A stretch of 62,484 bases of DNA, the filler included, from Choristocarpus tenellus KU-1152 (taxonomy: Eukaryota > Protista > Phaeophyceae): assembly GCA_964200185.2 (NCBI GenBank). It is 11 parts of 11 records of this genome, joined end to end, with 100 filler letters (N's around TTAATTAATTAA, not from the genome) between each part and the next. Parts side by side here need not be neighbours in the genome. Positions count along the whole stretch, not along the records: positions 1 to 4,883 come from CAXNAD020012675.1; positions 4,984 to 7,968 come from CAXNAD020023143.1; positions 8,069 to 15,400 come from CAXNAD020006320.1; 8 more parts are not named here. One strand, written 5' to 3'. This document shows positions 1-12,125 of the stretch, piece after piece (within the stretch, counting starts at the first letter, position 1; every line of letters starts with the position of its first letter). A program made the position numbers and the translations under genes. The notes below the pieces were generated by a model, which saw nothing but the letters and a program-made list of their open reading frames with translations, did no database searches and had not been told where the DNA came from.

Positions 1-260
1 GTACAATACAAATGTCCAACAATTTCAGATTTTGTATCTCAAAAAATTGGAGGGTGCCATTTTTTTTTGACCTTTTGGTTTCTGGACATTGGAAACGTAC
101 AAGATCAATTACGTATGTCCTACTACCACCTTCGGCATGGATTTCCATTAAAAAAGTGTCCCTTAAAAAGTGCCCCAACATTTACAAAAAAAAAACTATC
201 GGCACTTTTTCCACACCATTTTTGGTCAAAACCATCCTCAATTTTTAAAATCCACTGTTC
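1..260. mobile_element. Right arm/TIR of the GAACAGTGG-ended MITE family (partial, at window edge)
   Basis: Near-identical to 22637-22899 and reverse-complementary to 22102-22285; ends ...AAAATCCACTGTTC like the complete copy. Confidence 0.85.
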
Positions 261-1899
261 ATTGAAGGTGCAACCTAATTTTGTAGAATGAGGGAAAAGG
301 GTGTGACCACCATCCAAAAACTGTACTTGTCAAGGTGCACCTGTTCTTGTCCAATCGCAAGCAAGGTAACATTCGGGTTCCAAAATTATTTCCCTCAAAT
401 CGCAAATGAATTGGTAGTCATTTATGGACTTATTTCGTCAAGGCGTACATGATCTTGTCCAAGTCGCGAGTAACAATTGGGTAGAAAAAACCGAAGGAGT
501 AGCGAAGGCCGTGCAGTGCCCAAGGCAACTATGTACACAGACAGGATGGAGGTATGTGAAGATGATAGCTTTGCGATGTTCTAACACTGTATTGCATCGT
601 ATAAAATATGTTGGTTATATGTGCATTCCTCTCCTAATACGACTATCTGGAAGGGACAGACAGGAGGGGAAGAGGAGACCAACCGTTGGGACTGACAGAT
701 AGTAATATACAAAAAATATTATTCTACAAAATGTTCACCACAGCAACACCTACATAGTACTACAGTGGTAGAGACCAGTTGGTCATAATAAAAATATGTA
801 TACACCACTTCTCATACCGAACACTACAGCATTTGCGTCACTTTGAACAAGCAAACTGCTGTCCTTCCCGCAAAATGCAGGGTATAGCCTCTGTTGTAAC
901 AAATCATTTCACAAAGGACACGGACGAGGTCCACGGATGTATGGGCATATCATACACATTATCACAGTCATGACGTAAAGTCAAATAAAGATCATCTCAG
1001 AAAGAAGACAAGGAGTACAATATCTGACTAGATGATACCTGATATTCTTCGCAGAGTGGGCTCATCCATTCCACACGGCTTGACTCCTCTCTTCCCACAA
1101 CTTACGTGGCCACACCTATATGATTCCCGATTGCTGCATTATATTTGAATTTTAGTGATACGAGGATAAACTTGCACCATTATGTTGTGCTTGCCACATA
1201 TTTCATTGGCATACTCCTATGTGGGAAAAATCTCAACTGATTTCAAAATCGATCAGGGCAGCTTGCATGATTACTAGGAGTTCGGTCTGACCATAGGTTG
1301 GTCAATGATCCAGACATGTTGAACAAATATAAATGACAATGACCCAGCCTGTTAGCGGGTACTGTTGAAACAGATCATACCTATGCATCAAAAATGTTTA
1401 TTTCACAGGACAGACTTAGATAACAGGGGTCAGGTCAACACAGTCAAGGGTACCAAATAACCCAAACTAGAAATGGGAAAAACTGATTTAACCTATACAC
1501 ATCCCTCCAGCCTCCCTATCTTACTGTCAAAAGTGGAAATTGGAATCAGACGAGTACTCATTGAACTGTACACTGGAGGTACGTATGTCACAAATAGCCC
1601 TCACAACAAACACTCCAAATATCACCATGGAAATGTATGTGGCTACAGATACACTTACTGTCCCATCAAGATACAATCTCCGACCACATTGTTCAGAGAT
1701 ATAAGAAGACACTGATACCTGTCTGGCTATTGGACTGTGCACAATCAAATACTTCAACCTGGACTGGACGTGTCCGCAAATATTTCAACCGATGTGAACC
1801 ATGAACTAGATAGAAAAAATAATGCTCCTGTCCACCTTTCAACACTGGTGCTCCACATTCCAACCCTAATAGAATGCGTAATGTCTGTAAGAAATATTT

Positions 1900-3079
1900 T
1901 CACGGCTCGTAGGGAAAGGTTCTTCGAGCTCCTGGTGAGAGGCAGTCTTCCTTGATCTCCGTCAGCCCATGAGTTGCGACCCTGCTTTCCGGATGTTCCC
2001 ATAGCAGGTCCTTTCGAGCCTCGATCATTCTCTCATAGAGTGGCCTCAATTTAGATTCTGGGAGGGTGTAAATGTCATGCACTGCGCCAACTGGATCCTC
2101 ATTCCACATCTGAGAGGTCAATAAATGGAGTGGAGGTCAGGTTCAGCATACATGTCTAGATGGGAGTAGTATCGACAAGACATACAGAGCATACTGTTAG
2201 GAAGAGAACAAAGGAACACAGGCAGTGTCATACAAACCAGCAATAACCGATTACGGATTTTAGTATTGTGAGTAAATACTTGAAATAGTGGTTGTGTACC
2301 CAAGCACTTGGACACCCGTTTAATTGTTACCCACTGTACTAGATGCTAACCCTAACCCTAGCCTTGTCAAAGTTGAGCAATAGCAAACGGTGCAGCCTAA
2401 TAAATAATATTCTGTGCCCTCAATCCATGTCATATACGACAACCTGAAAGACCATGTATACAACTTGCTTTGTGCCTGGGCAGCAGTTCAAAGAGCTTGG
2501 GTTCAGCACCAACATTGTGGACCTCAACCCCCATAGATGCCTCTTTCCTTAATGCATGGGGATAGGACCTGACCTGGGTTGGCACGGTGATCATGATCTG
2601 ATCGTAATTTATCAACCGGTTGAATGAAGCGACGGCCAAACGGAAGCCACTGTCTATGATGACAGGCATGCACCCAGCTGCCAAGGCGTCAGCGTATCTG
2701 TGAAATCATGTGTACAAAGCCCCATAAGGAAGATATTCCAGTCATTAAGAAACACGACAGGTTGCTCAATATTGAAACGGTCGTATTTCAAGCATATCAC
2801 CACTTGTACTGTTCTCCACCCTATTCAACTGGTTCGCGGTGGATTGAACCTGGCCAAGAGATACTCGGAGCTGTGATATTAAATTAAACCTAACATTGGA
2901 TTCATCCTTAGGCACCACGCTCGAAGATTGTAGATGCTAAGCAGTTGGGTCTAATGTTGAAAAACCTTGCCAAAAATTGACTTTTTTTTTTCGTCCTCAC
3001 CGATTTACCTGCTTGTCTGTGGGTCATCACAAGATATGACTAGGCAGAACTTTGAATTTTGAATCTCTGAGATATAGCC
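1900..3079 (-). CDS. Exostosin-family (GT47) glycosyltransferase, last three exons (3079-3009, 2697-2574, 2109-1900)
   Basis: GT-AG exons splice in phase to GYISEIQNSKFCLVISCDDPQTSRYADALAAGCMPVIIDSGFRLAVASFNRLINYDQIMITVPTQMWNEDP...LPESKLRPLYERMIEARKDLLW...EP*, matching the GT47 SxFCL..GD...R..dAlaaGCiPVII motif. Upstream exons not identified. Confidence 0.88.
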
Positions 3080-4883
3080 CTGTGGAGAAAAAGTGGCATG
3101 GAAGGTCAATTGTTTGTAAGGAAATGGTTCAGTGTTGATATTGTTCAAAAGAGGATAGGACGAAAAAGAGAAATCTGTACAGTACTCCTCATGAGTCCAT
3201 GATACTAGTAATATAAATCAAGCATTTCAGGCATCTTTCTTGGTATAACTGTGGGTAGTTGATCAATCCATTTTCATGCAATATTGCCCACTACATGATC
3301 CCACTAGACACACAACTTTAGTCAATGGGACGAAAAATTCGTGATCGGTGCATATCCTTCATCTTGAAAACATTGTGCAATGCCAACCTTGAGGCAATGA
3401 GCCGTCGAAATATAAACCTCAAATCACTACAAACTACAAATCCTGATACCCTGTTCAAATCATTGATATGGACAAGATCCCCAATACAAACAAGTCCAGA
3501 TACTGACGATCATACTGCTATGAGACAGCAAGAGGATAGTCCCAGTTCAATCAGTGCATGAGGTAGAATGAAATGGCATCAACTGATTCCTGGGAAAAAG
3601 AGGAATAAACAGTTAATAGTCAGTGTAAACCTATAGACTCGCAACATTTTGGTACATCTTACAAATCTAAGGTCTCTCGACTCATAATCAAACAGGCAAA
3701 ACGCACTTCCACCTTGAGAATCAAGGCCAAATTCGATAACTCACTCTGCACCATCTTCCTTGATGGAACGAAGTCAGAACAAGCTGTTGACAAGGGGTAG
3801 CGATGAGCAAATCAAGAAAACTGAGAGACAAATGTGAAGGGAAGATGTAATCAAGGTTGTGTACTCAATTATGGATGTGTAAAGAAGTGCAGTGCAACAA
3901 CAGATTGCTACCCTTCATGTCACTGCTGTCTTCAACAGATTGATTTGTGTTTTGAATCAAATAGCTGAGATGAGGCCTAGAGCCACCACCTTGTCCTAGG
4001 CACCAGTGTTACCGCGGACATTCCTACTTGCCACCCCACATTAGAGTTATTACTCATCTTTCTCCACAGGTGCCTTGTCAGGGTGGATGAAACATATTAA
4101 AACATAAGCCAGCGCATGCATCTATTGGACATCATTCTTAATCAGTACAGAATAACACTAATCATCATCCACCAACCTGTCTTACATGCATTTATGCCGC
4201 AATAGATACTTGCAACTCCCAGTATTTGCAAATTATCTCCATATACAGACCTCTAACAAGACCTGGAAATCAAGGATGGATATATAAAGATTTACGAGAA
4301 ACAAACTTAAAAGCTCAATTACTGGACTGAGCTTAGTAACGAACATTCGATATCTGCATGCCATTCTTGACATACATCGGAGTATACATCCACAAGTTCC
4401 AAGCACTCCTGGACACCATGTCCTATTTCTACTTGTTCCTTATCTTATGCAGAACATGCTACAGAGTTAGTCCTCTACCTTGGTCAACGTGTTTTCAACA
4501 CGAGATATCCTTTTCCATGTTGAACAAAACTTGGTTTTATTTTTGTTGCAAGAAGTAGTGAGATACAGCTTCATCATGGAATAAAACACAACGGACTCTG
4601 AATTCTGGATATCTCCTTCTAGTTCGTTATTGTCTTTTCTGTGCTGGTCTACCAGGGCAGCTACATGACCAGATTCTTCATATAAGACACACAGTTGCTA
4701 ATCGCTGTGGATTATCTTAATTTTAGAGACTATGCCAATACAGTAGAGTAGCAGCATACAGGCATTTAGACCAGGTACTTCCTATCGTTTCCCCTTAAAT
4801 ATATCCGCAACCTTACAGGATGTTGAAATTTTGAATACAAGCTCGAATTATCTGGAGTGGGGTGGCAGCTGTCCACCAGGGTC

Positions 4884-4983
4884 NNNNNNNNNNNNNNNNN
4901 NNNNNNNNNNNNNNNNNNNNNNNNNNNTTAATTAATTAANNNNNNNNNNNNNNNNNNNNNNNNNNNNNNNNNNNNNNNNNNNN
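4884..4983. other. Artificial contig spacer (N44-TTAATTAATTAA-N44); also at 7969, 15401, 19738, 27360, 33768, 37308, 47288, 52808, 58562
   Basis: Ten 100-bp spacers, each with the same central palindrome giving stops in all six frames. Confidence 0.97.
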
Positions 4984-5040
4984 CCGGTGATTCTCTTCGC
5001 CACCCTTGCCTGAGTGAACCACGCCGCCACAGAATCACAT
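4984..5040. mobile_element. LTR end fragment (same LTR family as 42753-43168)
   Basis: Reverse complement matches GTGATTCTGTGG(C/T)GGCGTGGTTCACTCAGG...AATCACCGG at about 42755-42808. Confidence 0.65.
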
Positions 5041-5161
5041 GATTCACGGACGTGGTCATTCCATTCCTTGTCATCAAATTGCAAAAAAGTAACCCCCAAT
5101 ACAAATTTAGTCAGAGAAGTGTTGAAATTATCAGGAAACAATGACATGACATGTCAGTCGC

Positions 5162-5546
5162 CTCTAGGATGAGGCCAATCTTGATTTTTTTGAAAGGGTT
5201 GCCCAATGAGTTAAAAACGATAGGCATATCAAATGAAAGCTTTAACTCTAAGCTATCACTGGTGCAAAGGAATTGTTTCGGAAATATTTTTTGGTAAGGT
5301 TAAATTCTAACCGAATGTTTCGGCACAACCTTGGAAATGTTCCTGAATGAATATCATGACCACAAATATTTTTCCAAAAGAATTACTTTGGACCAGTCGA
5401 TAGCTTAGATCCAGAGCTTTCATTTGATATGCTTATCGTCGATTAACGTATTGGGCAACCCTTTAAAAAAAATCAAGATTGGTCCCCGCCAAAACGGTAC
5501 GTGGGCTAACCTCGGCTTAATACTGTTTAAGCCGCTCGCAGGACAC
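5162..5546. mobile_element. Long-hairpin non-autonomous element (palindromic arms 5175-5482 plus short 3' hairpins)
   Basis: CCAATCTTGATTTTTTTGAAAGGGTTGCCCAA ... TTGGGCAACCCTTTAAAAAAAATCAAGATTGG arms; second copy at 21570-21907. Confidence 0.75.
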
Positions 5547-5553
5547 GATTCTG

Positions 5554-5712
5554 GTTGAGAGTCTTGGAGGACACTGCTTGATGCTTCCAGAGTACCACTG
5601 TGAATTGAACCCGATAGAGATGGTCTGGGGGTGGGCGAAGCACTATGTACGAGGCCACTGTACTACATGTTGCCTGGAATGAGAGCCAACATTCCTGTCA
5701 GTCTTAAGGAAA
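5554..5712 (+). pseudogene. IS630/Tc1-mariner-type DDE transposase C-terminal fragment
   Basis: Translates VESLGGHCLMLPEYHCELNPIEMVWGWAKHYVRGHCT then frameshifts; the P.yhcELNPIE..W motif carries the catalytic Glu of DDE_3-type transposases. Confidence 0.8.
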
Positions 5713-5716
5713 TCAT

Positions 5717-5941
5717 TGAGATACCAGTGTTTCACAAAAATCAGAGGTTGTGGGATAGAGTCCTGGTTGGACCAATTTCCTAACTCCCTACGCCGGACGA
5801 TAAACGATAGATTGTGGTCCTGAGATGGACTAGATGGGGATCGTGAAAGTGGAGATGACCCCTCGGGGAGAGTGGGCGATTATTGAGGTGATAGCCCACG
5901 GATTGTGCTGCCTTACCTCCTAAGCGTCTGATTTGGTCACA
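5717..5941. mobile_element. Solo LTR
   Basis: TG...CA ends (TGAGATACCA/TTTGGTCACA) flanked by a TCAT 4-bp duplication. Confidence 0.6.
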
Positions 5942-6342
5942 TCATTGCGATACGACTGTTTCATCAAGGGAGATAGTGGTGACAGAGGAAAGATAATATT
6001 TTTTTTGGTTATTATCTTTTTGTCAAAGAAAATTGAAACTTAGAGCTTTGCTATAAAAGAGAGCAACAGTTTATGTATTAACCAATTGTAATAATGGAGA
6101 ATATGGAAATATAGAACATTATGCACTGTGACCTTGGTTTAGACACTTTATCAGGGGAACCAGCGGTCAAGTAATAATTTCCAGTGATGCGGAATACGTT
6201 GTTGTTTGCAGCTCACCTCGGTCCTTTTGGTTGCATTGATTAGACCGTGGACTCTACAGCTCCCAGCAAGAACGTTTTCAACACATCAGAAGGTCTAATG
6301 AAGGAGAGTCCTTATCCCCATGCACTTTGAATTACACCCTCG

Positions 6343-6530
6343 GGCTCAAAGTATCTAGGAGGGGTTGGCGGCTATCCATTTGGGGTCAATTTTTTCATGT
6401 CGCCATGTCGCTAATTTTGGGTGATTTGGTTGCATACGTCGGATGGTTACTGTTTATTCATTTTTCCTGATTTTGCCCCAAATGGGCAACCTGGTGTAGC
6501 CCCCCCCCCCCCCCCCAGATACTTTGGGTC
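6343..6530. mobile_element. ~190-bp MITE, subfamily A (TIR GGCTCAAAGTATCTGGGG)
   Basis: TIRs GGCTCAAAGTATCT/AGATACTTTGGGTC; internal TTTTGGGTGATTTGGTTGCAT core shared with other copies. Confidence 0.85.
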
Positions 6531-7228
6531 TCATGTCCATTTCTAGTGGTAGGAAGTATGTACCACAAAAATGATGTTTTCGCTGGGATGATTGTCTGCA
6601 AATTCCCCTCCCTTGCACCTCCTGACGTGTGTTACTGCACTGAAACTGCCTCCGTTCATGCTTTGCTTCTCTTACGCATCATCCTGGTTAGGTTCAGAGA
6701 CCTACCTACCCAGGCAGGAACAAGGATACTTGTTAGGTCACTGAAGTCGCGCATCTAGAAACAGTCATCCCACCCACCCCTAAAAAATAATAGTTGGAAG
6801 ATTTTCGTCTTAACTAAGCATTAACAACAATAATTAGGGTACAGTAAGTTAGTAGGTAATGCTAGATACGAAAGGGTGGACATTTTTATGTGACTATCTA
6901 TCGTTAGATACCCCCCCCTTCCCTTCTAGTAGCAGTCCAAACTTTTTGCTTAAGAATATTTACAGGATGTTTGACCCAGAGCTTGATTTGTTTTTAAGCT
7001 CTCTGACAGGTTCCTGTTCTGTGATGCCTTCATTGGTTTATATTTTCGTATTAGCCACTTTGAAGGTTGAATTTATGTGTTGACTCCACATATGCGAACG
7101 CTTATCCAAGTTATTTCCTTTGCACAGGTAGAAATAGACCCCTTCTACCTGGTACAAGTCACCCTTGCTACCCAGGCACATTTCCTCCCTTCCCCTTTTC
7201 CTCCAGGTGGTGGAGCACTGTGGTGCTA

Positions 7229-7411
7229 GGCTCAAAGTATCTGAGGGGGAGGGGGGTCTACACCAGGGTGTCCATTCGAGTCCTGACAAGGAGAAGTGAC
7301 CTTACATTATATATATCCATCCGATGCATGCAACCAAATCACCCAAAAATCGCGACATGGAAAAATGGGCCCCAAATGGACAGTCACCCCCTCCCCAAGA
7401 TACTTTGAACC
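7229..7411. mobile_element. MITE subfamily A, opposite orientation
   Basis: Same TIRs; internal ATGCAACCAAATCACCCAAAAATCGCGACATGG. Confidence 0.85.
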
Positions 7412-7877
7412 ACAGTCACATAAATGGAGTGCAGACCGCACTCCTACCTCAATCCTGCTGGTGCCGGACAGCTCATGAACAGTGGTAGTTGATGATATTA
7501 AGTACAAACCAAGGCAAATATCTCCGAGGGATATTCACCTGCCCAGTGTACAGCACTGGATGCAAGCAAATCTAAGCATCCCTAAACCATGCCTCCAGAT
7601 AGCGGCTTTGGTCTTATCAAATTATGGAGAAAGGTGAAGCTTTCAATTTGTCCGATTCATTAGAGCATGACGACTTTCTTGGGGGTGACTGTAGTCATGA
7701 CTCTAGAATGATCGCTCATAAAACATAGTATTTGTACGACCTGTAGATACGTTAGTGATGAATGGTACAGGAAAAAAAGTGTACAGTGGGCAATCAATTT
7801 TGAAAGGCAAGAGACCCAAAAGTCAATACACTTTTTGTCAGGCTCTAACAATACCTGAACTGCACCTTCCACCTTTG

Positions 7878-7968
7878 AGGGTCAAAGTGTATCTGGGGGG
7901 GGGGGGGGTGTCGGCGTCCGTTTTTCACCCTTTTGCTGTTATTTGGTTGCATGTGTCGGATTTGAAAT
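7878..7968. mobile_element. MITE subfamily A variant, truncated by gap
   Basis: GGGTCAAAGTGTATCTGGGG...TCGGCGTCCGTTTTT...TGTCGGATTTGAAAT, matching 55565-55761. Confidence 0.75.
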
Positions 7969-9509
7969 NNNNNNNNNNNNNNNNNNNNNNNNNNNNNNNN
8001 NNNNNNNNNNNNTTAATTAATTAANNNNNNNNNNNNNNNNNNNNNNNNNNNNNNNNNNNNNNNNNNNNATCAAGCTGACACTGTACGTGGTTATCATCTG
8101 TGGACCCCCCTCGTAGCATCGTTTTAAGGTCGTTGGATTTGAGTTGTACATCCTGTGGAGGTGAGTTCTGAGGGGCGCCTGTAACAGGACACCCTCTCCT
8201 CACTGGAGGCAATGTTGATTTCGATGAATACTCCAATGGCTACACATAATAGCCACAACACGGTGGCAGACAGGATTCAAAGCATTCTTTGACGCTCATG
8301 CTTGGCAGAAAACGAATGAAACTTTATATATTTCCAGCAATACAACGGCCTACCTCAGACCCAAACTCCCAGTGATTTTCCTTTAATATACGCCCGCTTG
8401 GTCATTGATGAGGCTGAGCGTGAAACACATAATGCCTTCATTTTCGCAGCTTATCGAGAATTTCGGACACAACGACGAAATGTGTCGTCACTGACACTTT
8501 CAAGCGCTTCTCGCAATCACACCAAGGAGGACCAAAGCATTGGGCTCTTGCACAAACTCTAGATATACTAGTGTACCTTGCAATACGCCATTGACTCCCT
8601 CCACAGTGGGTGCTGCTCCAAGACCTAGTTTTACCGGGAGGAACTAGGGAGTTTGGATTATTGGGATAAGTCCCATTGTACAGGTAACACCCACAAGGAG
8701 TACACTAGTTTCCCGATACCTGTCCTTCACCACAGCAAAATAGAAGAGAGTAGGAGTTCTGGGAAGAACAAGCCCCCATTCTCTTGCAGACAAAGCTGCG
8801 CAATTTGGTTCTGCATGTACGCAATGAGATTTTCATGGCATCATCAGACGTGACACACATTAACCTCCACCAAGATGTTCCCCTATCTGCATCGGCAAAC
8901 AATTCCCAACATGGGACGATGCATATCTTCAGAGCAGGTGGGGCCATACCTCAGGTCCTAACAGACAAAGATATACCGATGATGAAGTAGTGAGTTTTTG
9001 GGGGAGGGGAGGAAGATCCCCAGCTCAACATGAAGATACATAAAAGAAGTGGAAGTACTCAATCAGGGCGCGGACTAGATTGGTCAGGTACGTGGTATAA
9101 ACGATGCTCAAGTCAAAGAGATAAATTAATTCCCTCCAAGTAAACACAGGAAATGTCGTTCAGCTTTTCAAGTCCCCCATTCCTATCTTTACATGTGAGC
9201 ATTAAACACTATTTACCCTTTCCCTTTCTTTGAGTATGGAATGATATTTTGATATTATTATTATTGATATTGAGGATGGGGTCGTGGAATCCTATGAGGC
9301 TGGGGACCATTGTACATCATTCATACTTATGGAAGGAATAGAATGGCTAGTGTAGGTACAATTGTGTATTGATATATATGAAATGCAGTAGTTACAGACT
9401 CAGGTTACGGACACCCTCCAAGTACATCTGAATTCAGATAGACATACTTTGCAACATGGAGATGTCACTCAAAAATACATCAAACAACCTACAACAGTGA
9501 TCGAGAGAT

Positions 9510-9775
9510 GACCCAAAGCATTTAAAAGAGGGTATGAAGTGTCCTGTTTGTCTGTTCAGGGCTTGACTTCCCGCGTTTTTTTATGCCCTTCTACGGTTTC
9601 TGTGTGAACATTTCGGATTTCGAGCGGGTAAAATGTGTAGGACTACGAAAGGTGTGCCCGGAGCAAGGATTTTGACACTTGCTAATAAACACGATTGCCA
9701 AAATGAATTAAAAGGATGACATTGGATTTATGACTCCGAACGGACGCGACCCTACCCTCTTAAATATTTTTACTC
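9510..9775. mobile_element. ~260-bp MITE, subfamily B (Sola2-like termini), TSD AGAT
   Basis: Termini GACCCAAAGCATTTAAAAGAGGGTA / TACCCTCTTAAATATTTTTACTC; AGAT on both sides; homologous to 37705-37962. Confidence 0.8.
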
Positions 9776-10941
9776 AGATCAATGAATACTGAAGACAATC
9801 CAACCAACCAACAACAAACACTATTACTGGTGATTGTATTGCCAACAGATACAACATGTCAAAGGCAAGCACAAGAAATGCAAAGAAATGCACCAGCAAT
9901 ACGAATACCCAAACTATATTGGTGGTTCGGACAGAAATGTTCTTCAGCTGTCTTTCCAGCAGAAGAGACAAGTAGGCTAGCATCAAGCGCTCTTCACTTG
10001 CTAGTCAACTTTGGACCCTCTGCTGATGAAAAATATGTGGTCTTACTGTGATAACCTTCTATAGTTTTGTGAAGGATCACATTCTGTGTTTTTCACACCT
10101 AGTTGGTTGTACCCCTGCGTGTGGCAAGGTGCCACTGCGCATCATTCAGAATCATCTAAGAAAGGAATGCCAGTGTAGATGCAACTGTAGTCCAACTATT
10201 TCGCCAAACAGTATTGAAGGAGTAGTTTTTATGCTGTCTGGCAATCCCCTGGGGTTTGATACCTTCATTATGAATTTGCCAAGAAAATACGGTTAATTAC
10301 TTCGAAGGGTTGGAGTTATACGCATTACCCACAGTTTGTTGCAAATGTGTATTATGTTTGCCTCAACAATCCCCACCATCAAAGAAAGGCAGGCACAGAT
10401 CCCCCCTAACACAGTCACTTCTTCTACCCTTGAATAGCTGGTCCCTACTACTAAGCGACAGACCCCCCCTGCCCCTTCCTCCTGGTGTTGCTGGAGAACT
10501 GCAACTGTGTGGGTGCTTAGTGGCAGATAGATTCCTCTTTTTCTGCCGCCACTGCCCCTCCGGTTTACTCAGAGTCACCCACTTGCGGTTCCTTTCCACC
10601 TGGGGCAGCCGAAGAACAGTGTTTGAGATGAAGATAAAATAGCTCTGCAACTTTGGTGAAGCGCAGACCACACACCACTCCCACCTCACTTAGTTGTTCT
10701 GGTACGTTGGTTCAAGTGTGAACTCCTTCAGCTCCTACCAGCAATGCTCTCCATGCGTTGGACGAGCAGTTGATAAGTCTATTCTCCCAAGTAAGTGCGT
10801 AGACCTTGCATGACAGTCTCATAATGTCCATCTCGTATGAGAGGAATAAGATGACAAAAGTAGTCTTCATCATTATGATAATTCGCAATACCCACATCGG
10901 GCTGAGGATGTGTCGAAGATGGAACCCAGTAAAACTTCTCA

Positions 10942-11080
10942 TGTTGGAGTGTATTAGATCGCCGCAGTATTTTTTATTAATTGGACGGACCACGGATGTG
11001 GCTTACCCTAACCCCAACCCTAATCCAAGTCTGTACGACAAATAAAAAAGCCGCAGCGAATGATCTAATACACTCAGACA
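10942..11080. mobile_element. Small inverted-repeat element containing CCCTAA units
   Basis: GAGTGTATTAGATC ... GATCTAATACACTC inverted repeat enclosing CCCTAACCCCAACCCTAA. Confidence 0.65.
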
Positions 11081-12051
11081 TTGGGCATGCGACCAGTTTC
11101 CGTTGATGAAAGATAAAGACAGTCAAGGAAAGGACTACACAAAAGTACAATAATAGACGACAACAGAGTGGAATACATTTAAAGAAAACCAAGGAGAGGA
11201 GAATAAATAATTCGAAAAATAACTAACTCAAGTGTTCCAACAAAAGATAACGAAGAGGACCACATGTCCAATTCGCGAGCACCCAATACTTGGGATAGGA
11301 TGCATTAGAATCATCACACGTCATTAGGTACTATAGGGGAAAAGGGGGTGGGGGGCCTTGCTCGATTGGTTCTGGACTGCGTTTAACTTACATGCCACCA
11401 ACAAGCACTAGTCTTTCCCCCCTCAATTGGCCAAGATAAAGTTAACATATTGTGTACCATCCATCTGGGGTAAAGAGGGGGAGCTTACGGTGTGATCTTT
11501 GAATTTTATGAAACGGGCTCCTGGAGGCAGTGTTTGGGGATTCTGAACTACTGTGTAGTAATCATGAAGTCATTGAAGGCAACGGCCCTGCCAGACAGTG
11601 TAAAAACAGCTGACATTCCAGACCGAACATCCTCTCAAAAATCTTACCAAAAATATCCAACTACAGGTAGAAGGGAAGGGGAGGGATCCGATAACAGTTA
11701 CAGGTAAGTATCCACCATTTTGCATCTCGATAGCTGATAATATCCCGATCATTTCCTTCACCTTTAGCTTGGGGACTATCTCAACTTATGGTCAGAGACA
11801 CCAACCACACAATGCGATACTTGTCATACTCACTATAACCCTAGCTAGCTGTTGTGCTAAAGCAGATTGTATTGCCTCTGTTCATGCCTTGTTCCTCATA
11901 CATTATAGCCACAGCAGTCTTTCCATCGCTCATCACTCCACCTCCATCAAATCTTGTGCCAGCCCCACCTAAGTGATGCTCCGCAATGAAGACTTGTTAT
12001 ACCGTTCTTGGGCTGATGTTGTTACGACAGGGGGGATAGTACATCTCACAT

Positions 12052-12125
12052 ATATTTTATTATTATGCCCTCTGACATTTTGCAGATGTGTCAGGGGGAA
12101 ACTAATGAAAACTGTATACATGTCT
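12052..12125 (-). mobile_element. 3' end (stem-loop + ATA tail) of CRE-like non-LTR element
   Basis: Reverse complement of CCCCTGACACAT...AAAATGTCAGAGGGCATAATAATAAAATA, as at 60074-60120. Confidence 0.7.

Noticed and set aside
4928-4939. Recurring TTAATTAATTAA palindrome as a biological site or CRISPR-like repeat
   Set aside because: Always centred in a 100-bp N spacer; an assembly linker.
9521-9763. TTAA TSD with GAG termini (Sola3/Kolobok/piggyBac-like) for MITE B
   Set aside because: Homology among copies extends beyond TTAA to GAxCCAAAG, where true 4-bp TSDs appear.
8740-11707. Isolated plus-strand exon candidates (~8754-8990, 11579-11703)
   Set aside because: No homology recognised and no phase-consistent chain could be built.
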